The position numbers and the translations under genes are program-made. A stretch of 64,000 nt of DNA from Saccostrea cucullata (lineage: Eukaryota), in assembly GCF_032062105.1 (NCBI RefSeq), contig NW_026929684.1:248001-312000 (forward strand), given 5' to 3'. Shown here piece by piece: positions 12,708 to 26,700 of this stretch; position 1 is the first letter of the stretch; each line of letters opens with the position of its first letter. The notes under the pieces are model-generated. The model had not been told where the DNA came from. It did no database searches and was given only the letters and a program-made list of their open reading frames with translations.

Positions 12708-13984
12708 TATTGTAGGCAAGAATAAATCCATCTCTTACCTTCGATTTTTAGGGACGATTGGTCCTACATGTACATGCATGCTTCATATTGTTTTTCCATA
12801 TTGTTCGTTTTTATATGTAGTATACAAGCACATAAAAAGTTGATCGTCATTTTGCTAAAAGAATGTACATTTTTTTTTTTATTCTAGCTTACATGTATAT
12901 ATGTTAATATATTGAAAATCAAAAGGACCAAAAGCATTCTGAAGAAAAGAGTGGAAAAATAAAAAATCACATTGTATATATATTATCAATACCAATCAAA
13001 ACAAATAGCTTGCTTTTGGGAGACGATTAATAAATGGTTGAATCGACAAAATATTAACCCCCCTTCCCGTAATTGGGGGATATTAATTTTGGTCTGTATG
13101 TCTAGCTGTCTGTCTACCTCGCTTTCGTTTCCACGTTAAACTTTGTTTTATATAAATTATTCGTAGTATGAGGAAACATAGCATTTTAGTAAATAAAAGA
13201 ATATTAGATAAATTAAATTTTTTCTATATAAAAAAAAAACTTTTCAGAGCATACTTTTACTGATAATGGATCGATGTTCAACCAAATAAGTGAATAAATT
13301 AAGTGGAATAAGTGAGTATAAATAGGTGAATATAAGAGTAAATATTTCTATTATAGTTAAAGTTGAGTTACTTAGCTATACCAGTTTATAAAATCGGTTT
13401 ACGTGTATGAATGCAATCTGTCTTTTTTCCCACTTGAAAATCTTTCTCTAGTCAAGATACAAAAAATAAGTACATATACTTAAAGAATGCGTTTTTTTTT
13501 TTAAAGAAAGACGGAAGGACGTGTACTTTCTTTTCTAAATTGTAATATTGTTGACGAAAGTGCTCTTAAACCTAGAGTGTTTTACTTCAGGGATTATAAT
13601 TATTATAAGTTATTTCAAGCTTTCATTGACTTGCTATCATAGCAGTATATAAAGTCTCTCTATATTGGATTAATACTTATACCCTTACTAGTAATTGTCT
13701 AGCACACGATATATACAGCTGTTTGTCTTGCAAACAATACCTTTCTAATCATACCCCTTCATTGAGGAGTTAGAAAAGTGATTCGGTATATTTTCCCCCT
13801 ATTTCAAGTCATTCAAGAGAATGATATACTGGTATTTTATATATTATATTATATTTTCAATATTAAGCTATACAGTAAGCCTGAGTATCCTTTGTCCTTG
13901 GATGAGTGACCAACATATGTTACAACTGCATTAATTGGGAAAAAGAAATGAAGGAGATATTTGTACCCACTTATAAATCTGTTC

Positions 13985-14250
13985 CTCGGCATTTCGTGGG
14001 CCGTTATAACGACCTTGTTAGTAAAGAAAACCTATCATTATATAGGTCGTATTTTGGCTGTATTGTTTCAGATCTATTGTTAGGCCATTGTACTACGTTA
14101 TTTACTACGTCTTCCTGATCAATAAATCGGTCAACAGGGGATGCTCACTCCTCCTACGTACCTGTTCCCACCTCAGGAATTGCGAAAGGTCAGTTTTTGT
14201 TACATTTATAGATCTTTTTGAGATGGACCACTGTCATAACCATCTTTTAT
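13985..14250 (+). mobile_element. Decayed retroelement 3' end (family A) with a remnant of the ORF C-terminus
   Basis: FVGRYNDLVSKENLSL-like remnant followed by the cggtcaacaggggatgctcactcctcc motif shared with the other family A copies. The ORF-remnant assignment is from recall. Confidence 0.55.
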
Positions 14251-14335
14251 TGAGTATTATATACACAGTTATTCAGTATAAATTGAACTGAACATTGTAG
14301 CATTTCAAGAACTTGTCTTACGAAGTCATTGTTAA

Positions 14336-15018
14336 GGACAGATGATACTAGTACAATTTTTTTTCTTTGGAGGAGATTAAATATCATGTCACAGTTCTAG
14401 TTTTAGAAAAGAGGATATACTCGTAATTCTCTGAATTTTTTTACTCTCCAAGGACTTTGAGAATGAAATACCTTCTATAATTCCCCCGGGAAAAGCAAAA
14501 CGGTAAAAATTCACAAAAATCAAATAGTCTGATTTTAACATTTTGCTTTTCCGCATAAAATTCATCTAACCTGATATATTATTAAAGTTTATATTACACT
14601 TTTAGCACCAAACTAGCACATTTATTATATTCTGAAATTTGTTTTCATCTGTAAACCTTTACTAAGTGTGGTTTATCCGTATTTGTAATTTTATTCAAGT
14701 ATTAACAAATATTTTTCAAGGGTTCATTTCTTTTATGCAAGAAAATACAACGGTTTTTTGACTAAATGTAATACCAGTTAACTAAATGTGCTCCTTTAGT
14801 ATCATTTTCGAAGAAAACAAGAGGGAAAAAGGTGAAGATTAAACTATTTTACCATGATTATTCTAGCTGTGTTTTTTTTAAGGGGGTGAGATATGGTAGG
14901 TATTGAATTCTACAAGTCTAAAAAGAAAAAAAAAACAAAAGAAGTGTCTGCTTTTTCTTAACCAGTGACGTGATATTAAATCTCCTCCAAAGAAAAAAAG
15001 TTTCTGTATCATCCTTAC
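14336..15018. mobile_element. Kolobok-like MITE
   Basis: TTAA flanks; ~50-bp inverted repeats gatgatac...ctttggaggagattaaatatcatgtcac / gtgacgtgatattaaatctcctccaaag...gtatcatc. Confidence 0.7.
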
Positions 15019-15879
15019 TTAACTAATACTAATACACTTCATAAAAGAGTGTCAAAACAAGTAAATTGGATTTGAGAGGAGAAAAAAATATTATATAAAA
15101 CTTAATGATTTAGAAACCGGATTTTATTTAAAAGCCCTTTAGTATTACTGACTTGGTTTTCTATAAACGTATAGACTCGAGGAAAAAATCACAAGATAAC
15201 TTCTTTAGCTGAAAAAAAAAATCACTTGAATATCAACAATAGATCTACTCAATACATGTAAAATTCAGAAAACTAAAACTGAAGTCTTATGAAATACGTC
15301 CAGTTTGACGGGTCTACTGTAGCTAGTACGGTCCCATTTAGCAAAATTTAGTCAATCTTACATGTATGTACATGAAATTCTACAGTAATTTTTTTTTTTA
15401 CTTTGTCATGCACCCATTTATTAGTTAGCCTAATTTTGTATTCATATGAGGCAATTTGATTTAAAGAAAACTTGTTCACGAGAAGAAGAAAAACACTTGA
15501 CGACGAATTATTTTAATTAACAAGAGTAACTTTCCTTCATATGTCGACCCGATATTGTCTATATTTACAAAAAAATAGATGAAAGAAAAAAGTAATAATC
15601 ATACTATTGTATGACAGAGATTATACAACAATAATAATAAACATATAGTTCATACTATTATCATTAATTTACAAATACAATATGCGTGTAAAATTAACAT
15701 ATAGCAGGTTTATTGTTGGTAGTTTATATCAAATCTTTTAAAATATAATGTTCAACTGAAAATGAATCATGTTGATGTTAAAGGATATAAAAATCTGATC
15801 GTTTAAAAGCAACCTATCACATTGATATAATTTACATCAATCAATAGGGCTTTGTATTTATACTAAATTTGACTAAGGA

Positions 15880-16070
15880 TTATTCCGTCTTCCTGATTAA
15901 TACATGAAGAACACAATAGTTGTGACCGATTGACAGGGGTTGCTTGCTCCCGATAGACACCTAATCCCTCTGAAGGAATTTCAGGAACTCATGTTTTATG
16001 CCCTGTTAGCAGACTTCTAACGTTTGTAGACTTTTTGACATAAAGCAATGTTCATCTTCCTTTATTTCAT
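15880..16070 (+). mobile_element. Degenerate retroposon 3'-end repeat (family A)
   Basis: gtgtgaccg..tgacagggg.tgctt.ctcc...cacct.atccc motif with a tttatttcat tail. Confidence 0.55.
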
Positions 16071-18262
16071 TCTAAGAATAAATGAGAACAACACTTTTTA
16101 CTTTGAAATAAAAATGATTTAATAATCTTAATGATCAACAAGATATAATTAACTTTTGTCTGTACAACATAAAATGACAAGGAAAGCATTCGTCTACAGT
16201 TTCCCAGAAAGAGAAAGCTAATTGCACTAAGCCCCCTCTACTAATCAACACACAATAAAACTTCTGAGTATTTGCAAAGTCTGGTTCATTTTCAACATTT
16301 ACGAAACACACATAAAAAGAGAAAAAACAAGCTTTGGGAAAAATGAAGAATTTTCACAAATAAAAAATATTCAATATTTGTAATTGTAAATATTGTAAAC
16401 AATTTATGGGTTATCCATTCTCGAAATCAATTATGCTTTGTATGAAAAGAAATTAATATGGATGTTGGAGAAAATAAAGTTCAGCCATACTAAATGTCTA
16501 AACATAAAATAATAAAGCAATAAAGAATAACAAATGAAATCATTTGGCACAAAACAGTTCTAGTGCTAATGTGAAAAAGATAAAACATAAATGAGGTCAT
16601 TTCCATTCAAAAAACACATTAGTGTCAGAACAAAGAAAACACATCATAAAACATTTAAACATAATCAATTGTGAGTTTGATTGATTTACAACAAATATCT
16701 CATGGATTCCTATGGAACTTGCCAACACATGACATATTTTGAGATTGAGGACAATGAGTATTATATTCATGCCAAAGGCAGTGGGCAGGCCTACCAGGCA
16801 CTAACTAAAAAGTATCTATTTAGGGTTTTATTATTGTATAAAGCAAAGCTGTTTTTGCTTGCATGTACTTCTCTTTAGAAAAAAAAATTGAAGGAAACAA
16901 CCCTCTATCTTTCCAATACCTCTTCACTTCATTTTCCATTATAAAAGTAACATTATTATCTGCTTGCCAAAACAGAACTATTTCTTGTGGAGATTGAAGA
17001 TATGATTATGAAAATTGGGTCCATGATTGTTGAAAAAGAAAATACTGCAGCAATCTTATTTTAAGAGTTATCACTCTTTCCATAAAGGGAAGTTATTCGT
17101 TGAAATATTTGTCCCCGAAACATTTTTTTTAAATAAAGATAACAACTGTCAAATTTTAACCAAATCTATTTGAATTTAGCTTGTTATGAAAATCAAGTTA
17201 AATATATTCCTGTCTTGAACTTTCTTTTCTCTATTTTATCAAACTTGTAAAATATTGATAAACAAATTTTAAAGAAAACAGAATTGAACTCAAACCAAGT
17301 CCATAATAAATAAAACAATCCTTGATTGTTCTCTTCACAAGATTTAATACAATTTATCAACACAACCTCTTTCAGATCATATCATGTACTCTTTGACAAT
17401 TAATCAAAATATAATGGGTACCTGACTAATTTGACATTGTCTAACTATATACCTAGAGTTTCATTTCAGAGTCAGCATCTTTAGAAAAACAACACATACT
17501 GATATGATTTTCTTGGTAAATTGTTGCAAAATAACTATCACAACATCTAGCACAACCTTGTGGTTCATTTTTTACCCAGAATGCAGTGTATATGTTTACG
17601 TATGTACCAATGTGCATTTGGCAAGAATGAAGTGTTCGTTTGATAAAGAAATGGAGCACACAAAAAATGAAATTGTGCAAAACTGGATGAAAAGAATGAA
17701 TATATTTTTGTGGGAGAAATCATAGGAATATAATGATTTAAAAAAAACAAATACTTAGTGAAAATGACAAATGTTTCATATGATTCACTTTCTTTCGGTA
17801 CAATATATTTGAAACTAAAATATAATTGTAGATTATCCTTTGCTATGAAAGATAAAATTTCAAGTCATCAAGTCCAGCTATTAACATATTAATAAATCAT
17901 CAATACTCCTCATTTTCAAAATGTATCAATATAGGGGGAAACCATCTTATTTTGATAATAGGAGTGGCAAAGAATTTTATAATCATTTCGGTACTTTGAT
18001 GCACAGGAAAGAAACCAAGCCATTCGTTGGAAGAAGATAAAAATTTAGAAGTTTTAGAATAAAACTCATTCCAATAAAATGTCAAATAAAAAGCAACTTA
18101 TTAATATTTCAATTGCTTTTAAATGTATCTGAAAAATTTCCCTTTTACATGTATCCTTGCATGCACCCAACTTTGTAAATATCAATCTAAAATGGCCATA
18201 GAAGTGGTGGTATTCATTTCAGTCTATCATTTTGGGAATTTTCAGATTGCAAGTAGAAGTCG

Positions 18263-18414
18263 CTACAGTATCATTGGAAAACTTGCAAGGGTAATCTCAA
18301 ATAGTATAGCTGTGATGACTGATTTTGTGTCATCAAATGAACAGAACTTTACTGTAAAAGTTGATAATGAATATGATCGATGATGAAGACGCTGATGAAT
18401 TTGATTATGAATTT
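18263..18414 (-). CDS. Candidate alternative terminal exon of the L1-like gene
   Basis: Strong acceptor ttacatttacttgttcccttctag. Open for 50 codons in the phase-1 frame, ending ...SVITAILFEITLASFPMIL*. Confidence 0.3.
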
Positions 18415-20615
18415 CTAGAAGGGAACAAGTAAATGTAAGCTAGAACTACATGAACTACAAAATTTCACAACCTTTTGAATATGAGGATTCTGCTTGGTTG
18501 AAATTCCCATTCATATTTAAAAATAAAGTGATCAAGAGCAAGCACATTGAGTTTTTTCAAACAATCATTCTCATTTACCCAACAGAAAAGTCATCATGGC
18601 TGCTTTTTACATACAGGTACATACATGTACAAAAATGTACATTAGTCAAAAATAAACAAGATGATCAATAGCTTGTAAGTACATACACTTTCAAAATAAT
18701 CTCCAAAGTTTTTAAAACAAAACAAATAACTACATTTTGAATGCTTGAAGAGCATTTAGGTACAGAATAAAGGTCATTTTCAAAATGCATGGGTTTTTAT
18801 ACTATCCAATAAGTATACTAGTTTAACAAATTATTAATTAACTACAGATTGTTCATTTGGAAAATTATTTCCATTCCATTTTTTTAAGTACATATTAGAT
18901 AACAATGTCCTCAAATACATGTATGTTCATGTAATCTTTCTTTAAAAAAAAAAAAAAAAGAATTTGGGAATATGAATTACCAGCAATATCTGCTTTATGA
19001 AGAACATGTTTAAAATATTTCATTTAAACATTGGTACAAGTTTTTTGGTTTCAATACATTGTTTAGCCTTCACTACATTTTTTCAAATAGATAAATGCAA
19101 GTATAATACTGAATAAGTACGAAGAACGACTCTATAGTTTGACTAGAATAAAGATTTTTACATGCACGTCTTCAGCAGGCTCAAAGTTATATATATATTA
19201 TCCTGAATATATTTTTATTTAACTATAAATAGACATGATGAAACTTTTACATATGCTCATTTAAATCATACAAATCTATGAAAATCAAATACATATATCA
19301 CTTTTCACGTCAAAAATCTTTCATTTTATAACCATGATTAAAATTAAAACATGTACAAAAATTCATGATTAAATATCTGTTGTTGTGACAAATACAAAAT
19401 CTTTGTTCACAGAAAATGACACATTCTTGGACAGGGGACTAAACATTCACTACATACATCAGTGATTTATTACAGTACAGCTCACTCGAAGCCAGGTGAA
19501 GGTTTTACTACATCAGTGAACCACGAAGAGCTAATTATGGCACATAATCAATTCATTAATTAGAAGAGATTCCTAAATGAGACATTATTGTAGATTCTGC
19601 ATGTGGTTTCTTTGCTCACTTGACTGTCATCTGAGCTCCAGTTTTTCTTAATCTGAAGGAAAGTCACACCAGGAAATTAAACTGCAGCAAAATGTCACAA
19701 TTTTATAAACACAGGATGAAGCTGTATGTGAAACAATTCGCTGTCGAGACGATTCCACTAGGTTGTTGGATGATGCATGCATTACGCCAACTTCATTGGA
19801 ATGTTACATGGAACTTGCACAAAGTTGGAATGATCACGGGAAAATTAGGTTCACTGCCAGTTCCCAACAAACTTGAAGGTCATGGACACAGTCTCAAAAG
19901 AAGAGCTATATTTTGGACTAGTTACATTATCATCACATTTTTGAAATGTCATTAAGGTTTCAAAAGTTCATTCAATAAAGACCACGATACTTTTGTTTTT
20001 TCTGACAATCATTGCTAGTAGGATCATTTCAGAAAACTACTGCCCAGGTTTAGTAAGTACTGGAATTGCAATTTTCAATCTCTTATTATTTCATTTTTCA
20101 AGTTTCAGTTACTATGGCTTACACTGAAATTTCACAGAACTGAATATGCACTGCATTTTTTGTAGCACTTTTAAAACAGTCATTTCAAGTTGAAGTTTGC
20201 AGTTTCATCACTTTGGAAATTTTTTTTTCATGCAAAATTTGCTTCCAATTTATGTTTGGAAGATACTTTGCACAAGCTACCAAAGTTTGTTTTCAACATA
20301 AGACAGCTTGAACAAGAATTTCATATGGTTAACATAATCTAAAGCCCTATAATAAAGATGGACCCTTAATTATCGAATTACTGTACGTCCTTTGCTATAG
20401 CCTGGCTCCAGTGAAATGGGCTTCAATTCTGAATCCATATAGTTGCAAATATCTGGTTCATTCAATTAGATTCGGTGACACACTACAATATCAGATGTTC
20501 TCCATACTTTTTCTCAGATATCCCTTGAAGCAGGATAACTGAGGAAATGATATTGATAGAGGAAACCTTAACAATCCGTTTAAGACCAGAACACCCTAAT
20601 CTCTCTCAGTGTGTG

Positions 20616-20749
20616 TCAGTGGAAGACTAGTTTTGCCAAAGTCCATGAGATTGCTATAGCCATGAGCATTCGACAGTTGGCTCCAAGGTCATGTGATGCT
20701 AAACTGATTCCTGATTGGTGGATGCTGGCCATCTGGCTGTTTGCAAGAC
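20616..20749 (-). CDS. L1-like gene: terminal exon with GPI-signal-like hydrophobic tail (not in ORF track)
   Basis: Acceptor ccttttcag, phase 1. Reads GLANSQMASIHQSGISLASHDLGANCRMLMAIAISWTLAKLVFH*: a small-residue linker then a hydrophobic stretch ending at the stop. Confidence 0.75.
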
Positions 20750-23700
20750 CTGAAAAGGTACAGATACATTTTCATTTCATGGATGAGTTCTTATGTTTTT
20801 CTCTAATTTATACAGCATATAAGAACTAGAACAAAAATGTGCTCAATTGTATACAAACAATAGGAAATGCAAGAAAAAGTAACATTTTGACATCTCCAGG
20901 CATTGATCAAAGAGTTTTCCATTAGAGGGAGCACTATACGATGTGGAAAGATCTAGAAACCTGGTTTCCATCAGGTTAAAGCAATGCTTGAGGACTATTT
21001 TGCAATCAAAGCTTGTAAAGATAACTGAATTCTTCTCTTGTATCATACATCTGACAGTGAAAATAACTATTCTCAATTTTTGACTTGGTTTAAGACGTGA
21101 TGTGCGCCGGGAGGACCCCTGTCTGAAAACCTAATAGAAGCCTGTTATAGTATTTTTTTTAAAAAACTGTCAAAATAACTAAGAACTTTATGAATTTAGA
21201 AATGGATCAAGTACCTTTTTTAATCAGATTGTGTGTAAATATGAGGCCTGTGTATTGATTAAAACTTTCAGTTCAGTATAAAGTGACAAATTTTACTATC
21301 ACACAAGGATGACACAAACTAAAAAGTCAAAATCCATTCCAAAACATCAGAACAAGAAACGATCGCTCACGGATGAAACTTCAATCAATATCCACATTAT
21401 CGGGAGGAAAACAATTAAAGCATCACTGCACGGTGATTGCATTTTAATCACAAACCATGCAGCCATTAATCTTGTAAAAAGGACTTAATGAACACAATTT
21501 CTAAGCCATGATTATTGCACGACTCCATTAAAGGAGATAAGTATTTTGGGCAATAAAATCTCAATCTAGTCGCCTCCCTAGAGAGCTCTCAGGAGCTGAA
21601 TTCAACTCAGTCACCATGGTGACATGAAATGAGAGAGAAGCCATTGCTATTATTGGACTCTAAAAGTTGAATAATCATGACTTATTCATCAATAAAGACA
21701 TTTTATTCCAAGTAAATGGAAATTTCAGGGGGTAAAAAGTAAATGAGTCATATATGAAAGAATTAATTGTTTCCACCTATTTAAATCCATTAACTTAAAA
21801 CAATGGGAAAACATATATTGTAATAGCAAAACCTGAGTGTATTATCAAACCTATTATTCAATACATGTATTTGACTCTTTCATTTTACTCAGTATATAAT
21901 ATCTTAACTGCAGTACATGCATGTTATCCTCAGTTAATACCTGGATACCTGTACCTAATCTGCGGTTACTTGGCCTGCTAATTTCTTTGTACAATACCTT
22001 AGCCTTATGATTTGACAAAAACCCTGACTGCCTGGTTAACCCTGCAGAAGCCTTAAAACTAAACCTGCACACCTATACTTTAGCTTTGGTTAACACCCAA
22101 GCTCCCAAAAACCAAACCAGAACACCTATATCTTACATTTGGTTAACACCTGAACTCCCCAAAACAAAACCTGTACACTAGCTTGTACCTCACCTTTGGT
22201 TAACATCTGACTCAAAAACAAAACCTGAACACCTGTACCTAAGCTTTGGTTAACACTTGAACCTGAACACTTGTATCTTACCTTAAGTTTGGTTAACACC
22301 TGAACCTGAACACCTGTATATTACTTTTGGTTAACACTTGAACCTGAACACCTGTATATTACTTTTGGTTAACACTTGAACCTTCATGAACACTTGTATC
22401 TTACCTTTGGTTAACACCTGCACCCCCCTTTTATCCCCCCTCCCTGAGCTGGTTCTGGCCCAGACAAAGAAGCGGTACTGGTGATTGGCCTGTAGACCTG
22501 TGATCCGGGCTGAGGTGTGGGAGGGGTTATTAATCCTTGGTTCCAGGGCCCTGATATCTCCCTCCACTTCTCCATTTACTGAAATAATTTACTAATGGTT
22601 CACACAGCTAGACTATTCATAATAGATTTCTTGAAATATATATTTCTTCAAAAACCCTTTTTATTAATTTTCCAACTAACCAACTTCAACTTAAATGTTG
22701 AAGATGACCTGATAGTTTTACTTGTATTTCAATAATGATTTGCCCAATATATTGCCCTATACTGAATTTGCCCGAAATTCATTTAAAAATTTACAGAAAA
22801 TTTTCAGTATTGAAAGCTAAGGGTTCGTTCCTTTTCAAAAGAAAAGAAAATTTTGGCAACTGTATCAAAATATATCAAAAAATTTTGAAGGATTTGACCA
22901 TAATCATTCCAAAACAAAATTCTATTATTACAATAAGGTAAAATTCATCATGTATATCATGTTGCAGATTTAAGGCCACTCATTGCGATTAACCAAAGGA
23001 CAGTCTCAAATATGGACAATTGGGGGGTTGGGTATCTTCTGGTTCAAATTCAACCTTACGTTTTTGGTAACCTAAGTCGTATCCTAGCAGGAATCCGTTA
23101 GGTTCGTCAGGAGGATCCCACGTTAGGACCACGTGATCACTCTGTACCTCATCCTTCTGTAGGTTACGAACGGGACCAGGGACTGAAAACAAAAAAAAGA
23201 TCTAACGGTCAACACAGAAAGGAAAGATAAATTGTAAAAATATATAATCTAAAATTTCTGATTATTCCTTAACATGTTTTTTCTTTTATTATTACAGTCA
23301 TATTCCAAAAATATCAGGAAATCAGGTTTCTTTATGCATTGATTTACCAATAGCTCCTTGAAAGTTCTTGAAAACAAATAATTCATTACAGTCCTTGAAC
23401 TTCCAACTGGACATGACATGATTATAAGATCAGCCACTAAAACTTCTTGGTTGATCAAAAAAAATTTTTTAATCATTCACAGGGAATGTAATTAAAGAAT
23501 TTCAAAAAATCAGTAAAATTGTAAATTTAAAAAAGTGTTTAGAACTCAAATATTCTAGAGAGTAAAACCTTACAACCCAACAGACAGACCTTACAACCCA
23601 ACAGACAGACAACTGACCTCCCTCCGATGTTTTGAAATCAATGGTGTCACTAGGGGGTCCCGTGTGGTGTCCATTCATCACCAATACCTGCGCTCGGAAT

Positions 23701-26700
23701 GCCGTGTTCGCCGGTAAATCAGGTATGGAAGCCCGCACATCATGTGACAGGTGAGCCATATCTGTTTTTATGATAATTGGAACCTCAACCTTGTTCCTTC
23801 GTCCCTCACTGGATTTCCAGTATTGTAACTATAGCAAAAGAAAACGGAGATTTATTTGAACTGAGATTCAATCAAATACTGAGATTAATTATAATGTTAT
23901 AAAAAAAAAACACTTTCTCTTAAAAAAAACTAATAAAAATTTACAATGGAACATATTATAACATGAATAAAATACATAACACAATTTAATTATTCTTTCT
24001 GACATTTGACCTTATACCTTATAACCTCTGAACTTTCCCCTGAGTCTATCATCCAATGGGTCAACAGATTCCCAGATGAAGTGAGCTTCATGGGGTCTGG
24101 GGTCCTTGGTTGGATCAACTCGGAAATCTCGAGGCTTGATTAATGGATCTGCAAAGGTCAATTATCAAACAATTAAGTTGTAAGAAGAAAAATATAACTC
24201 CCTAAAATTATATACATGCAAAGTTTAAAAGTCAAAATTCTTTTAAAATAATTTAACATGCATAATGAAAGTAACAAAACGTGTGCATAAATTATACGAG
24301 CTTCTGAGAAATTAGACAATATCAAAAGTTTTATATCTATCATTTTAAAACCATCAATAATTGCTCATTTAGAGATTAAATATATTTTAACATCATGATC
24401 TGTCTCATCAATTTGAATACCGCACAATGATGTGGACTATAGAATAAATATTTGCTCACTACTAACAGACAACCAGAGCTACTACTTACCCCCCTCCCCC
24501 GAGTGTCCCCGTACGGTAAACACCGGCATGAACGAGGGACCGTGACTGTTGATGGCCTGTACCTGGACGTCGTAGAGACCATAAACGTCGTCCACGTCTA
24601 CCTCAAACTGGTTCTCATTAGCGTTCTTAATGTCCTTCTTGTTCCAGAACGTGCTGCCCCGCTTTCTCCAGCTCACCCTGTAACCAAAGCTTGGAGCATT
24701 GTGCTGCATTCGAGGCATTGGCTGGAAATAAAAAATCATAATTTGTTATGTTTAATCATAATAAACTATTTATAGTCCCATTATAATATTTACAAACACA
24801 AATGGTTTGTAACAATATAATCATATTTACTGCATATCAAGCCATATACTGTAAGTCATTTTAATTCTACGGTGTGAAAAATTCACGATATCTCAAAAAG
24901 TACCAATTGCGATAGTTTGAATTTCACGCTGCAAGAAATTATTGCAAAATTTCATATAAGCATTTAAACGTTTTTAAAATTAATAATAAATTCCTGATGG
25001 GTTTAATTTCATGGAAAAATGATAAAAAGTGAACATAGCGAAATTAAAACCTTGATCATGATTATTTGTCAATCTACAGTATTCAGCTGAGGATCAGTGT
25101 CTAGGCAAATGTGATTGTGACATCTCAAATATTTTGTCAATGGTAAAAGCCACTGAAAGATCATATATTTTTATTATTTTATTAATGTATATTTTTTTAA
25201 ACAATTTTAACAATTTATGACCTATCTAGATTTGTAAGGGCATCATGGTTTCATGTGAAAAACAATTGTGTATTAAATTTGTAAAATTTTTCATAAAATA
25301 TATTTTCAGTCAAGAAAGGTTTGCATAATTAAAATGTGATTTATATGTAAGAGGATGAAAATAGCTTTTCTTACAGTATTTGTTAAAGAATTTGGCCTAA
25401 ATAAAACAAATTAAGTCTGCAAAAAAGCCATTTGAATACTCTCAAAAAAAACAACCCAGAAATTGTTCCCCCAAACTAAGACTATTGTCATCTTCAGCTT
25501 TGGTTTTGGAAAAAAATATCACTGCCTGTATTGGGAAGTGATTACGATAATTAGAGATAAGTTCCGTCCATGGCAGGATTTCATCTTGTTTGAAACTGAT
25601 CCTCATAAATCTGACTCCATCGGCCAGAGAAATTCAATTATCTGCTCCCGAGGCCACGAGAGCTGCGTCGTCATTGTCGGATCAATAAGACGCTGGCTGA
25701 TAGCTGTTTTATACCGAAAAATGATAGGAAAATCGGGGTTTTTTGTTTCCGCAATATTATACAACTCCTACATCTTACTCACAAGGAATGCTTTAAGGGG
25801 CTCTGTTAATTGAGGACCAGGCGTCTATTAAATGCCGTGACATTCCTGTTCAATAACAATTTATGGTGATTTGTGGGAAAGATCTTAACTCTGTCCATCA
25901 AAATGCTATTGCTCATGTACAGATATGTCTGTCTACATCTAACATTTTTGTTTCAAGTGCAGTCTTTTATATAATACCGGTATTTCATCTGTTGTGAACA
26001 TCTCAAGAGTGAATATAGAGACTTAAGATATTCTGAAAAAAAAGTTGTAATATGAGTAAAAAGTAATTTTAAAGATACATATTTAACTTCTTTAATTAGG
26101 CATCAATTTTTTTATTTTTATTACTGAATTCATTTTCTACTTTCCCATATTGAAACAGGCATTTCTTTGTTATTTCTTTAATCAATTACCTACAGAATTC
26201 AATTTCAAACCTAATCTTTCCTCTACCCTTTCTCTAGCAAATATATTGCTTCATCCTTTTTAATTGAGCAGACAAACGACTCTCCTCTGACCTTTAATCC
26301 ACACAATAATCTCATTAACAGCCCCTAATTTAAAGGCCAGACTTACATCCCAAGTAATGATTAGTTTTCCCTCCTTGTCCGTCTTCATCTTAACGTTAAC
26401 CGGATTTGACGTCGGTCTCTCGGGCGGCGTGTTACATTCCGTTTTCGTGGGCTTACTCGGTTCGCTGTATCCCAGACTGTTCTTTGCCATCACGCGAAAA
26501 GAGTACCAGCCCCAGGGGGACAGGCTGATGAAGGCGGTCTTGGATACCTTGTCCATGTATTCGATTTCCTCGTCCGCTGAGTTCCAGTAGTAGGGGTTAT
26601 CTGACGTGTTGTATTGTATGAGGTACTCGTTGATGGGTTCGCCTCCATCCAAACCATCGCGCCAAATCAATTCCACCCTCTTTGGTCCGCAGGAACTGAT

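Noticed and set aside
21073-21122. Short alternative last exon (DRGPPGAHHVLNQVKN*) that would give a secreted isoform
   Set aside because: Only a modest acceptor and 16 codons; indistinguishable from chance without reads.
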